Shown here piece after piece: positions 50,282-64,000 of a stretch of 64,000 bases of DNA. The notes beneath the pieces were generated by a model. The model was not told where the DNA came from. It searched no databases and saw only the letters and a list, made by a program, of their open reading frames with translations. The DNA is from Octopus sinensis. Lineage: Eukaryota. The stretch lies in assembly GCF_006345805.1 (NCBI RefSeq), contig NC_043002.1:19034001-19098000 (forward strand), written 5' to 3'. The position numbers and the translations under genes were made by a program. Position 1 is the first letter of the stretch; each line of letters begins with the position of its first letter.

Positions 50282-50465
50282 ATATATATATATATATATA
50301 GATATATATATATATATATATATACATACATATACATATACATGCATATATGGGTACAGGCCGTCACCAACGGTTCAAACCACATGAAATACGTAAACAA
50401 CGAGAAAAAATGGAGAACAGGACAAGTAAACACAGAGAAAGGACCCGCCATCAGTTGTCGGCTGT
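49995..50465 (-). mobile_element. Family F-related composite with hammerhead-like motif (A6U) at 50092-50129
   Basis: TCTTT-CTGTTGA-A-GAGT(GTAG)GCTC-GAAA-CGTT^AAAGA; CCTGAGCG downstream as in family F; second module at 50345-50465. Confidence 0.65.
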
Positions 50466-51885
50466 CTATCTATATATATATATACATGACGTCTTCTTTC
50501 TGTTTCATCCACACCTCCGCCTGCTTAATTGTGAGACTTATTTTAAGTTTAAAATATCAATATTTGTTGCTGGCATTGGGCCAAAATTTGAAACATTATC
50601 AATATTTGATTAAATTTGAAACAAAATTTGAAATATTATCAATATTTGTGAAAATGTATTTGTCTCCCTCTTCATGAATATTTGAGGTACATAATGTTAC
50701 CATACTTGTTACATAATGTGTTTTTAATTTTAATTTTAAATATCAATATTTGTGAAAACATATCTGTTACCTCTCTTTATGACTTTTTAGGTTTACACTG
50801 TGTAACCTATCTTGTTACTTCAGGTCAATGCACTATGATATATATTAGCTGAAAGCTGAATCCAGCTATTACAAATGTACATTATGATGGCAATCTACTA
50901 TTAGAAGTGAAACCGGTATGGAGTATTGTACTTTGGAAAAACGTGAATAATTACAACACAAAAGGAATCGGGCATCCTTTTTTAATTATTTTGTCTATAT
51001 TTTGTAATTTGTACGAGATGTTTTGAACTTTTTCCTATATACATACATTAATTTTGCAGATAACAATTTGAAAAGAGTGTTCACACTCTTTTGTTGTTTT
51101 CGTCTTCATCTATGTCCATTATAGTCACTTAGTGTTTATGTAATAAATGATTAACAAAAACTAGTTGTTTGAGAAATAACGGACTTATAATTCTTCACTT
51201 AAAAGTTAATATTTATCTTAACAAATCATGATAAACACAGGTAAAGACAGATTTACGATTGCAATATACTACCTGTGTCAGTTGTTTATTGCACTTCAAA
51301 ACGGTGACTTTTTACAATGTGTAAACATCTGTTGTCTTTGGAATTTTGACAGTAACTGAAGGGTTCATACTAAGTTGAATGTATAATAAACCAAGCTTTA
51401 GGATCTGGGATGGGGTTCGGGAATAGAAGTACAGAATCATAATACACGAAATCTGAAAATATAATCAAGAACAATAATTTGCTCTTATTCTGGAAAACTG
51501 GAAATGACATTAATTCTGTGAGAGCAGAGAGTAACCTGTTGTCAAATGTTTCACAGGGTTTCTCAAGGTCGCTTTCCACGAATTATAAGACTTGGTGTCT
51601 AGATGTTAAGTACTTAACACCCTAGTACCAATCTCAAAATCCTCGCTCTCCCCAATACAGCAGTTTTTGAGTATACTCTACTCTCAAATCAATTCCAATT
51701 TCTCAGACATATTTCTCGAACTTGGTTGCTTGTGTTCTGAGTACTCCTTCAAATACTGGGATGACAATTGTTCTTTTAATTGCCCACATTCTTGCAATTT
51801 CGTATTTCAGTGACTTGTATTTTACCAGATTTTCTAGCTCTTTGTCGCCTACGCATGCAATTATTATTATTATTACTATTTATTA

Positions 51886-52272
51886 TTGGGTGAGAGACCA
51901 GTGCGTGCTATCAAAGTGACAGTGGGGTAAAATATATGAAGCCCAGTATACCCATCATGACTACCTGTCTGATAAGGGTACACCAAGCACATGCATCACA
52001 ACCATATGTGCGCAACATGGGGATCTCATATCAAGGTAAACAGCACATGACCTTGCAGGTGAGGCCCAGTAAGAAATTTCTTCAGGTTGAGTAGCCCATC
52101 CCGCTCAAAAGCCCCCTGAAGGATCATGACCAAAACACCCATGTTTCTAAAGGTGAATTATCCAAACTCCAAAGATTTCCTCTCAACACAAGGCTATAAT
52201 TCTCCCCCACTACTTCCGCTCGTGATCAGAGATGCACATGTCGTCAGCCACTAAGAGACATGCTCAACTGTT
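51886..52272 (-). mobile_element. Unclassified retroposon family G with (AAT)n tail
   Basis: GC-richer 390-bp block ending on the minus strand in TCTCACCC-AATAATAAATAGTAATAAT; single copy in window, so family status is inferred. Confidence 0.45.
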
Positions 52273-52274
52273 TA

Positions 52275-52589
52275 AGGTCCTTTGTGCTTTGGCAAGGATA
52301 TCTTGCTTCAGCTTTTCTTTTATCTCAGGTAAATCTTTTTCTGTGATGTTATATTTGCGGAGTATTTTTGTTTTCTTTTTGTTGCTCAGTAGCGTTGATT
52401 GTCTACTGATTTCATTAAGAATCGACAGATCTTTTCTCATTTTTTGTATTTTGTTTTGGATGTTATTTATCTACAGGGTTTGTTTGGGTGGTGGTACTCC
52501 TGTTTGGATGGGTTTGAGTGAGTATCCAGCTTCTTTTGTGGCTGCGGTGGCTGCTGCGTATACTAAGTCATTTAGCTCAGTGATATCGC

Positions 52590-52592
<3 letters not shown>
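52275..52592 (-). mobile_element. R4/Dong-clade fragment (N-terminal ORF region)
   Basis: Near-identical to 54640-54950. Confidence 0.8.
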
Positions 52593-52674
<82 letters not shown>

Positions 52675-52675
<1 letters not shown>

Positions 52676-54052
52676 TATGTTTGACTTTTGCTTTATGTCT
52701 GTACAAGTTGGCTCCAAGTCTCACCCAGAGACCTCAAGAGACAACAGGTTGGAAGTTCTGTGCCATATATTTGGGGTTTTTTTTTGGGTGTTGTACTAGT
52801 GAATGTCTAATACATAAAAATAAAATAAAAAAAATAAAAATACATAAATAAAAAAAAAGTTTGTTTTAAACCTTGGGATTACATAGAGAGTATTTTGCGT
52901 CGGATATGAGCAGTTCCCATGAGCACTATCTTTTGAATTTCTGCCATTTTGGGGTTTCCTATCATTCCCAGGGCACCTATGACAACAGGTATTGTTTTAG
53001 TCTTCAGCTTCCATATTTTGCTGATTTCTATTTCAACATCTTTATATTTGCTCAGTTTTTGGTAGGTCTTGACAGATACGTTTATATCGATTGGGACAGT
53101 CATATCAATGAGGAGGCATGTTCTTTGTCTGAAGTATTTCAATATGATGTCTGGCCTATTTGCATCTACCTTCCTGTCAGTTTGAATGGTGAAGTTCCAG
53201 AGGAGTGAGATGTGGTAATTTTCAAGCACTGGAGGTGGATTGTGTTCCCACCAGTTTTTTTCATGGGGCAAATCCAGGTTTTTGCAAATTACCCATTGAA
53301 TATATTGTGCAGCTCTATCATGCCTGTTGAGGTACTCTGTAGGCGCTAGCAGACTGCATTTGGAGACAACATGATCAATGGTTTCATTTTGTTGTCGGCA
53401 TACACGACATGTTGGGCTACTGCCGTTCTTTAATATGTTGGCCTAGTAGTTTCTTGTTGGTAGGCATTGATCTTGAGCTGCTATGATAAACCCCTCTGTT
53501 TCAGATTTTAAGCCAGAGGCCATTAGCCATTGATGGGTCAGGGCTTTGTCAATATCTGCATTATTCGCTCTCTTTGGGTATTGCCATAGAGAGGTTTTTC
53601 TTGCCATTTATTATTCAGAATATCTAAGGCCGCAGTTTTGGCACGGGTTTTCATGCGCCTAGCTTTTTCTGTGCTGTTTCTTGTATGTCTATCTCTAATT
53701 CCGAAATTGGTTGTATTCGGAATTCACTTAGATATTCCTTTGCCTGTTTTGTGACTGAGTATGATGCTTTCTTGTTTTCATATTTTGAGACAAGTTTTAA
53801 CATCCAGTCCTCAGAGTTTTTCAGGTAGGTGTCTAGGCCAATTGTAGCAATCTTCATTGTTATAGCCAGTTGCAAAAGACCACGGCCTCCCTCTTTTCTT
53901 GGCAGATAGAGTCGTTCTGTATCTGCCTTAGGGTGGTGCATTCTATGCATTGTCAACAGTTTCCTTATTTTTCTGTCGAGCTGACATATTTCAGTAATTT
54001 ACCAGTTAACGATATTGAAACTGTAAGTCACGACTGGTATGGCTAATGCATT
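52675..54052 (-). mobile_element. R4/Dong-clade element, 3' part (thumb, CCHC, RLE)
   Basis: NALAIPVVTYSFNIVNW, HHPKADTERLYLPRKEGGRGL, ANRPDIIL...LLIDMTVP...KLSKYKD, GTAHIRRKIL; (AAT)n on both sides. Confidence 0.88.
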
Positions 54053-54053
54053 G

Positions 54054-55470
<1,417 letters not shown>

Positions 55471-55478
55471 TGTTGTTG

Positions 55479-55534
<56 letters not shown>

Positions 55535-55537
<3 letters not shown>

Positions 55538-56513
55538 TAGTTTTATTTTTATAGCGTGCTTTCACTTCACTACCGAGCGCAGCTCTGTGTGCCTTGGGTA
55601 TGTGCTGTGATTTGTTGTGATGCTCTGATGGTTATTGTATGGAAAGTGTTCTGCGTAGGATGTGTGCAGTGCCTAGTAGTGCAAATTTCTGTATGTTATA
55701 TGTGTTTGTAAGTCCTGGTGTTTTTGTTATGTATTTGTCTGAATATTTTTTTATCATGCCTAATGCACCTACTATGATAGGAATTGTTTCTGTTTTCAGG
55801 TTCCACATTCTAGTTACCTCTATTTCCAGGTCTTTGTATTTTGAGAGTTTCTCCATTTCTTTTAGAGACACGTTGTCATCTGCCGGTATTGATACATCAA
55901 TTAGAAAGCATTTTTTTCTTCATGATCTCTGACAACTATATCTGGTCTGTTGGCCTTAATTTCTCTATCTGTGTGTATCGGCATATCCCAGAGTATGGTT
56001 GCTTTCTCGTTTTCTGTGACCTTTTCTGGTGTGTGCCTATACCATCTTTTTTCTGTTGTTATTCCATAATGTTGGCATAGCTTCCAATGTATGTAGGTTC
56101 CAACTCTGTCATGTCTGTGAATATATTCCTTCTTAGCCAGGACTGGGCAGCTAGAGATAATATGATTTATTGTTTCTTGTCCATCTCCACATATTCTGCA
56201 GTTACTTGTAATATTCTTTTCATTATATGTTTTTGGTAATTTCTGGTGGGGAGGCTTTGGTTTGTGCTGCAATTAAAAATCCCTCTGTTTCTGCTTTGAG
56301 TCCTGAGCTTCTCAACCATTACTGGGATTTTTCTTTGTCTATTTTGCGTTTAGTTTAGTGCAGTATTTACCATGAAGGGGTTTTTCTTGCCATCGTTTTA
56401 TCATGGCTCGTTGCTGTTCTATTTTTAGTTTGGATTTCATTTGTTTTATAGCTTTTGTTGTTTCTTCATCATCTCTTCTTCTTCTTGTGTTTATTAGGTG
56501 GTATGATTTCTTG
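55535..56513 (-). mobile_element. R4/Dong-clade 5'-truncated copy
   Basis: [18 protein letters not shown] (CCHC), RPDIVV...LIDVSIP...KLSKYKDL (RLE); 3' end AAAACTACTG+(AAT)n. Confidence 0.9.
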
Positions 56514-56571
56514 TTATTATTATGATTTATTATTATTATTATTATTTATTATTATTATTATTATTATTATT

Positions 56572-57553
56572 CAGTAGTTTTATTTTTATAGCGTGCTTTC
56601 ACTTCACTACCGAGCGCAGCTCTGTGTGCCTTGGGTATGTGTGCTGTGATTTGTTGTGATGCTCTGATGGTTATTGTATGGAAAGTGTTCTGCGTAGGAT
56701 GTGTGCAGTGCCTAGTAGTGCAAATTTCTGTATGTTATATGTGTTTGTAAGTCCTGGTGTTTTTGTTATGTATTTGTCTGAATATTTTTTTATCATGCCT
56801 AATGCACCTACTATGATAGGAATTGTTTCTGTTTTCAGGTTCCACATTCTAGTTACCTCTATTTCCAGGTCTTTGTATTTTGAGAGTTTCTCCATTTCTT
56901 TTAGAGACACGTTGTCATCTGCCGGTATTGATACATCAATTAGAAAGCATTTTTTTCTTCATGATCTCTGACAACTATATCTGGTCTGTTGGCCTTAATT
57001 TCTCTATCTGTGTGTATCGGCATATCCCAGAGTATGGTTGCTTTCTCGTTTTCTGTGACCTTTTCTGGTGTGTGCCTATACCATCTTTTTTCTGTTGTTA
57101 TTCCATAATGTTGGCATAGCTTCCAATGTATGTAGGTTCCAACTCTGTCATGTCTGTGAATATATTCCTCTTAGCCAGGACTGGGCAGCTAGAGATAATA
57201 TGATTTATTGTTTCTTGTCCATCTCCACATATTCTGCAGTACTTGTAATATTCTTTTCATTATATGTTTTTGGTAATTTCTGGTGGGGAGGCTTTGGTCT
57301 TGTGCTGCAATTAAAAATCCCTCTGTTTCTGCTTTGAGTCCTGAGCTTCTCAACCATTACTGGGATTTTTCTTTGTCTATTTTGCGTTTAGTTTAGTGCA
57401 GTATTTACCATGAAGGGGTTTTTCTTGCCATCGTTTTATCATGGCTCGTTGCTGTTCTATTTTTAGTTTGGATTTCATTTGTTTTATAGCTTTTGTTGTT
57501 TCTTCATCATCTTCTTCTTCTTCTTTGTGTTTATTAGGTGGTATGATTTCTTG
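56572..57553 (-). mobile_element. R4/Dong-clade copy, tandem near-duplicate of 55535-56513
   Basis: Same truncation point; differences seen are small indels. Confidence 0.9.
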
Positions 57554-57564
57554 TTATTATTATG

Positions 57565-57634
<70 letters not shown>

Positions 57635-57637
<3 letters not shown>

Positions 57638-58680
57638 TAGTCTTATTTTTATCACGTGCTTTCACTACACTACCGAGCGCAGCTCTGTGTGCCTTGGGTG
57701 TGTGGTGCTCTTATTTTCACTGTATTGAAAGTGTTTTACATAGGAAGTGTGCGGTGCCTAGCAGTGCTATTTACTGTATGTTATATATACTTGTAAATCC
57801 TGGTGTTTTGGTCATGTATTTGTCTGAATGTTTTTTGTATCATACCTATTATATTCCTATAATAGGAATTGTTTCTGTTTCTGGCGCCACATTCGAGTTA
57901 CCTCCATTTCCAGATCTTTGTATTTTGAAAGTCTCTCCGTTTCTTTTGGAGAAACGTTGTCATCTGTTGGTTTTGGTACATCAATTAGAAAGAGCTTTCT
58001 AATTGCTTTTATTTTTTTGAGATCTCTGATAACTACATCCGGCATATTAGCCTTGATTTCTCTACCTGTGTGTATTGACATATTTCAGAGTATGGTTACA
58101 TTCTCATTTTTTGCGGCCTTTTCTGGAGTGTGTTTAAACCATCTTTTTTCTGTCGTTATTCTATAGTGTTGGCATAGCTTCTAGTGTATATAGGTTCCAA
58201 CTCTGTCGTGTCTGTGAATATATTCCTTCCTAGCTGGAACTGGGCAGCCAGAGACACTATGCTTTATTGTTTCTTCTCCATCACTATATATTCTGCAGTT
58301 ACTTGTGGTATTTCTTTCCATTATGTGTTTTTGGTGATTTCTGGTGGGAAGGCTTTCAACTTGCGCTGCAATTAAAAATCTCTCTGTCTCTGATGTGAGT
58401 CCTAAGTTTCTCAGCCATTGTTGGGATTTTGCTTTGTCTATTTCTTTTCTTTTTAGCTCAAGCCAATATTTGCCATGTAAGGGCTTTGCTTGCCTTCGTT
58501 TTATTATGATACGTTGCTGCTGCAGATTTAAATTGGATTTCTGTCGTTATACAGCTTTTGTTGTTTCTTCTTTTTCTTCATAGTTGTTAGGTACTATGTC
58601 TTCTTTTCTGTATTGGTCAGCTTCCTTAAAAACAGAAAACAGTTTTTAGTTTTGTTTGTGCTTTGTGGCTATTGGTATCA

Positions 58681-58681
<1 letters not shown>
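57635..58681 (-). mobile_element. R4/Dong-clade copy, diverged subfamily
   Basis: IHTGREIKANMPDVVI...LIDVPKP...LSKYKDLE; same 3' end. Confidence 0.85.
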
Positions 58682-58770
<89 letters not shown>

Positions 58771-58773
<3 letters not shown>

Positions 58774-59111
58774 TAGTCTTATTTTTATCACGTGCTTTCA
58801 CTTCACTACCGAGCGCAGCTCTGTGTGCCTTGGGTATGTGCTGTGATTTGTTGTGATGCTCTGATGGTTACTGTATGGAAAGTGTTCTGCGTAGGATGTG
58901 TGCAGTGCCTAGTAGTGCAAATTTCTGTATGTTATATGTGTTTGTAAGTCCTGGTGTTTTTGTTATGTATTTGTCTGAATATTTTTTTATCATGCCTAAT
59001 GCACCTATTATGAGAGGAATTGTTTCTGTTTTTAGATTCCACATTCTGGTTACCTCTATTTCCAGGTCTTTGTATTTTGAAAGTTTCTCCATTTCTTTTA
59101 GAGACACATTG
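58771..59111 (-). mobile_element. R4/Dong-clade short 3' copy
   Basis: SLKEMEKLSKYKDLEIEV...GTAHILRRTLSIQ plus 3' UTR. Confidence 0.88.
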
Positions 59112-59160
59112 TATTATTATTATTATTATTATTATTGTTGTTGTCGTTGTTGTTGTTGCT

Positions 59161-59192
<32 letters not shown>

Positions 59193-59208
59193 TGCTGTTG
59201 TTATTATT

Positions 59209-60100
59209 TTCTCTTTATTACAGGTTTTGTTGGAGCTCCTGGAGCCTTGCATGTGTAGCGGGCTTACTACCTGCAGCCTACGGCACCATGGTATTTGTTC
59301 TTTTCAGCTACCTAATACTTTCCTGATTATTCTGGCCATGCCAAGGAGGCAAACCTTTTGTAACAGTTCTACTCTATTCAAATTTGTTTTGTATTCCTCT
59401 TGATGCCTTCTGATACTGTTTCCAAGGACCCAATTACCTTCTTCAATTTCCATATTTCGTATTTAAGAGGGTTGTATCTATCGATCTTTTCGCCTTCCTT
59501 CTTGACTATTCGCGAGTCAAAGGGACATGCAACTTCAACTATTTAGCATATGTGGTGCACCTCGTACACCACCATTTGGTCTGGTCTGTTATGCTCTAGC
59601 ACCTGATCTGTCTGGATTGAGAAATCTCAGAGAATATTGCTAGTCTCCGACTCTGCCATTCTCTGTGGTTTGTGCTCATACCACATCTTGCTTCTCTCTA
59701 GTCCCCACTTTTCGCACAGTTTCCAATGTAACACTTTAACTACCTAGACGTGTCGCCATAACTTGTAGTGGTTTTGGGCAAGTCTAGGGCATTCGTTCGT
59801 GATATGGGCAATGGTTTCATCCACTCTGTTACAGATGCTGCACAGCGAGACACTTCCTCATTCCTCAAGTTGATCCACCACTTCGTGGTCGGAGCTTGGT
59901 CTTGCGCTGCCAGTATAGTGCTCTCGGTTTCTTTTTTTAGGGTTCCTTTCATCAGCCAACCCTACCTATTGTTTCCATCAACTTCTGTTTTGGCTACAAG
60001 GAATTGATTGTGTAGTGCCTTCTTGCGTAATTATTCTTCATGTTCTTTTTGTACTTCTTCCTTTGTTTTCCCTTTTTTTCTGCTTTCAATACTCCCACAT
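59209..60100 (-). mobile_element. RLE-type (R4-like) element, third subfamily, degraded
   Basis: LKKETESTILAAQDQA, degenerate CCHC, IEVACPFDSRIVKKE.EKIDRY; different 3' UTR. Confidence 0.7.
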
Positions 60101-60129
60101 TCCTAACTGTTACTAGCAAGGTTTCCTTA

Positions 60130-60290
60130 CTTTGGGCTAAGTATCTCATTAAGCTCTCGAGTTCGATTTGACCTTTCTTCCATTCTGGGTCGATACAATA
60201 AGTACCAGTTACGCACTGGGGTTGATATAATCAACTAGTCCCCTCCCCACAAAATTTCAGGCATTGTACCTATAGTAGAAAGGATTATAA
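60130..60290 (+). mobile_element. SINE family A, diverged
   Basis: GGGTCGATACAATAAGTACCAGTTACGCACTGGGGTTGAT...AGTAGAAAGGATTAT. Confidence 0.65.
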
Positions 60291-60299
60291 TTATAATTG

Positions 60300-60341
<42 letters not shown>

Positions 60342-60413
60342 ATTATTATTATCATTATTATTATTATTATCATCATCATCATCATTATTATTATATTATT
60401 ATTATTATTATCA

Positions 60414-60457
<44 letters not shown>

Positions 60458-60460
<3 letters not shown>

Positions 60461-60496
60461 TAGTTTTATTTTTTTAGCGTGCTTTCACTTCACTAC
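60458..60496 (-). mobile_element. R4/Dong 3'-terminal stub
   Basis: CAGTAGTTTTATTTTTTTAGCGTGCTTTCACTTCACTAC next to (ATT)n. Confidence 0.75.
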
Positions 60497-60659
60497 ATGA
60501 AAATGACAAAAATGACAAATCTTACCAGTAAATTTACAGTAAGCTCCACGTGGCCGCTGAGACTAGAAAGCTGTTATGGGTTGAAGGCCTTTAAACGATT
60601 TGTGTTCCCACAAATCACATAAAGGATAATCAGAACAATCTTCTACACACTTTTGCCGA

Positions 60660-60970
60660 CACCATCACCGCTACCACCACCACCACCACCACCACCACCA
60701 CCACCACCACCACCACCACCACCACCCACCACCACCACCACCACCACCACCACCCACCACCACCACACCACCACCACCACACCACCACCACCACCACAAC
60801 AACAACAACAACAACAGCAACAACTACAACAACAAGAACAGCAACAGCAGCATAACCGGTAGAGGCAGGTGACTACTACAGCTGCAAAAACAACAGTAAC
60901 CGCAGCAGCAATAGCAATCACAGCAGCACCGACAACAGTAACAGCAACAACAAAAGCAACAACAGCAGAA
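60660..60970. repeat. Compound (CAC)n/(CAA)n/(CAG)n microsatellite
   Basis: Direct reading. Confidence 0.9.
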
Positions 60971-61429
60971 GCAACAGCAGCAAAGAGAACAGAGAACTCA
61001 CCAACATTCATCGCTTCCACATCCCAGACAGCAGCAAAAGCAAGGGAGCTCAGAATCCCACGAAACAACAGAACAAAAGCAAAATCCTCGTCAAGACATG
61101 CCCCTTCTTTGTTCGGATCAGTCGGACTTGTCCTGTATTGAGGGGGACGACGAAGAGCATAAATTGCTAAAAGTCGGCCGACCTAACAAGGGAAAAAGAA
61201 ATATAAACATATCAACACAAAAAAACCCCAAAAAACTAGCAGGTATGATCAGACGGGGGAGACGACCTTTGAAAAGAAATACACAAATACCACACCAACA
61301 GCAGCCTCACAAGTACCGTTGACAACATCATCCCCATCACTACCATCACCACCAGTAATGCATTAATGATAGAAAGAAATAAAACAGAAGGGAACTTAGT
61401 TACAGGTGCTTGGGAAAGGCATTGCAACT

Positions 61430-62600
61430 GACGTGCTGGCCGCGAGATTGACCCTGGACTAATTCTTCAACGCTAAACACGAAGGTTTCGTTGTCAGAGC
61501 TAAGATGCGTGTTCTAAGACAAGAAGGAAAGAAAGCCGCTCGATGAGCCAGAGTGGTAGAGGCGCAACGTGTCAACAAAACTACAATTCGGTCTTTGGTT
61601 GGCCAAAGTAGGTCACATTATTCGAGCCCGAGCAGATGTGTGTGGCATTTCAGCAGCGCTTCGCCCAACCGTTTGGAACGAATGGTAGTCCGCAATGCAA
61701 GAAGGACTTCATTGCCTACCACGACTTTTGGTGGGGTAGGGGTCGGAGTGATGCGAAACGCCGATAACATACGCAGAAATATGGGATGCGATGATGGGTT
61801 GCACAAGGAGAAAATCGCCTGGTTTGGATGTGGTCTGTCCTAAGAGTTTTACTTTTATATGCCAGATTTGCTTGATGGCATTTTAGCAGATATCTTCCAT
61901 AACTGGTAGTAGAACGGGATAATTCCTAATTCCGTGAGTCAAGGAGTGGTGGCATTACCGAAATAGAACCCAATTAAGAGGGATCAAATAGAACATTTTA
62001 GGTTCATAACGCTGCTGAACGCAGATTTCAAATTTTGGCCGAGATGTTTTGCAAGGAAGTTGGCGCTTGTCGTCGAGGAACTGATTCATGATACTCAAAA
62101 CATGCGCAGTTCCAAGCAAATCTATCCACGATAACGTCTATCTCATGCGATACATCATAGACAGAGTGGGTAAAGAAGCTAGCATGGGTGGGCCCAGATC
62201 AATTTGGATCAGTTCAAATCCTTCGATAGGTCGACCACCAATACTTGGCGGCTGTTCTTACGGCGGCCGGTTTGGGCCCCGTTTTCTGTGACTGGATTAT
62301 CTCAGTGTACAGCAACATCTGCTCGGTAGTTCGGGTGAATGGTTACTTGTTGGAACCATTGAGCATCATGCATTCAGGGGGTCAAGGGTATCTGCTTTCG
62401 TCTCCTCTGTGTGTGCTGGCTCTAGAACCGCTACTGTGGAAACTGGAGGCATTGAGAGGCATTCCATGCGAACTAGGATGTTGGAGAATCGTGTCGGCAT
62501 ACATAACGATGTCACTGTCATAGTATCGAACATCACGTACAAATCCCTGGTCGGCACTGCTCTGAAAAATACGAGGTAGTGACAGCAGCAAAAGTTAACC
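61430..62600 (+). pseudogene. L1/Tx1-clade RT remnant
   Basis: FITLLNADFK, TCAVPSKSIHDN, FDRVDHQYLAAVL, VRVNG, LALEPLL, degenerate YADD; many lesions. Confidence 0.8.
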
Positions 62601-64000
62601 AAAAAATGTTAGGGGTAGAGCGACGAAACGGTTTTGTACATCCCATCCAGTGCCTAAGTATTGTTGGCTTGTGAGTTTATGTCGAACACCTGCTGTCGCG
62701 AATTTGGAATATTATGAACTGTATCAACCAATTGTAGCGTCTAAAGCCATTGAATATTGCACACATAGAAGCATATGATGCATTTTAGTTGTTACCCTTC
62801 GTGTTATTTTAGCTAATATTTAAACTTTGTACGCAGATTAACATTAAGTTATTGTGTATCTCGAAACAGGCTGTGCTATAAAAATTAACGTAAGAATTTC
62901 CATAGCTGGATTTTATTTAAACATATTAAAATTTCTAATCGACAAAAATACGAGTTGAAATACTCACTTTAAAAGTTTAAAAAATAGCTTTAAAATGACT
63001 TGGTATAGGATTTCCAACGAATAAAGTCATAACATGCAACTAAAGTTTTGCTCAATTCTTGCAGTTTGTTTTTCAAATTCTTACTAATTTGGAATAAGTG
63101 CTGGTTAAAATTTAATTACGAAATACTTGAATATTTTGCTATTCTTTCTGTTTTCGTTCCCTGATGCCATTGTTAATTCAATAAAAGATCTAATGTCTGA
63201 GAACCAATTGTTTATAGTTCAATATTTGGTCTGTGAATTCTGATGGATTTGCATTGAGTTCCCTCACATTTCTTTTTCTTCTACCTCTCTCCTTTGTATT
63301 TTAAGTATATTATTATTTTATACTCTTTTCCCATTACGCTCACCACTGGGTATAGAAATATAGGGGTTGATATTTATTATATTTATTAGATAATTTGGCT
63401 TGTCTTATAAATCAATAACTGCAAAAATATTGAAAATATACCCAGAAATTGCATAACAATTATGAAACTGTGCCAACAGCTGGTGTCTGCAAGTACAACT
63501 TTCTTCAGTCTTATTAAATTCTTACTTATATCAGACAGTTTTTTTTTTCTGAACATAAGGGTCATCTTTATGCTCATAAGGTAAGTAAATGTTTGGAAAG
63601 TTATATTTAATGATTTAAAAGAATTGTATATTTATCTTAACGTTACGGATAGCTATGATACTGTTTTAGTTTTTCTTCTTCTTGGATTCTAATTTCATTT
63701 AGAATATGATATTTAGACGTTGCATATTTATATCTAAGAATGAATATAACCGCTAAAAAACGAACCGGTGTGTTTAAGAACATAATGAGCTGACATTATT
63801 TTTCTTAAATGTTATGATAACATTTTCAATAAATTTAACGAAGGAAACAGTGTACTCGCAGACTTGATAAATATAATATAAAACATAATCGAAAATGATA
63901 AACCAACGCTTTAAAGATAAACTGACGTTTTGATCTCTCACTCTCTACAATATACTCTTACTCTCTACAGTACATTCGGTAGGATATTTCAGTGTGCCCC

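Noticed and set aside
60643-61141. Pro/Thr/Gln-rich ORFs
   Set aside because: Trinucleotide microsatellite translation; at most a decayed ORF1 region of the Tx1-like element
63386-63577. 63-aa minus-strand ORF
   Set aside because: No motif I can recognise; too short and AT-rich to support

Overview
This is eukaryotic, AT-rich and very repeat-dense DNA. It is most likely cephalopod (Octopus-like), inferred from the SINE families, RTE LINE, single-exon C2H2 array and abundant (TA)n/(CA)n tracts. The only confident host CDS is an 8-finger C2H2 zinc-finger exon (3220-3954, +). A CpG-rich promoter-like island (NRF1/ETS/YY1 motifs) sits at about 31.4-31.75 kb, with a possible minus-strand first exon. 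The rest is mobile DNA: at least six SINE/retroposon families, hAT and Tc1/mariner MITEs and remnants, short Helitrons plus a Pif1-helicase remnant, and a full-length but disrupted RTE LINE (23.2-27.0 kb). There is also a Penelope-like GIY-YIG remnant, CR1-like and Tx1-like RT remnants, and an ~8-kb array of R4/Dong-clade RLE retrotransposons stacked in (TAA)n. The most striking signal is invisible in the ORF track: at least eight minimal type I hammerhead-ribozyme folds from several unrelated sequence families between 22.7 and 50.1 kb. Three have fully canonical cores and five carry single core substitutions; additional half-motifs are present. All complete folds have palindromic stem III loops typical of Penelope pLTR/retrozyme hammerheads. 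Several retroposon insertions are also flanked by unusually long (about 40-125 bp) direct repeats. All structures were folded by eye; no database searches were run.
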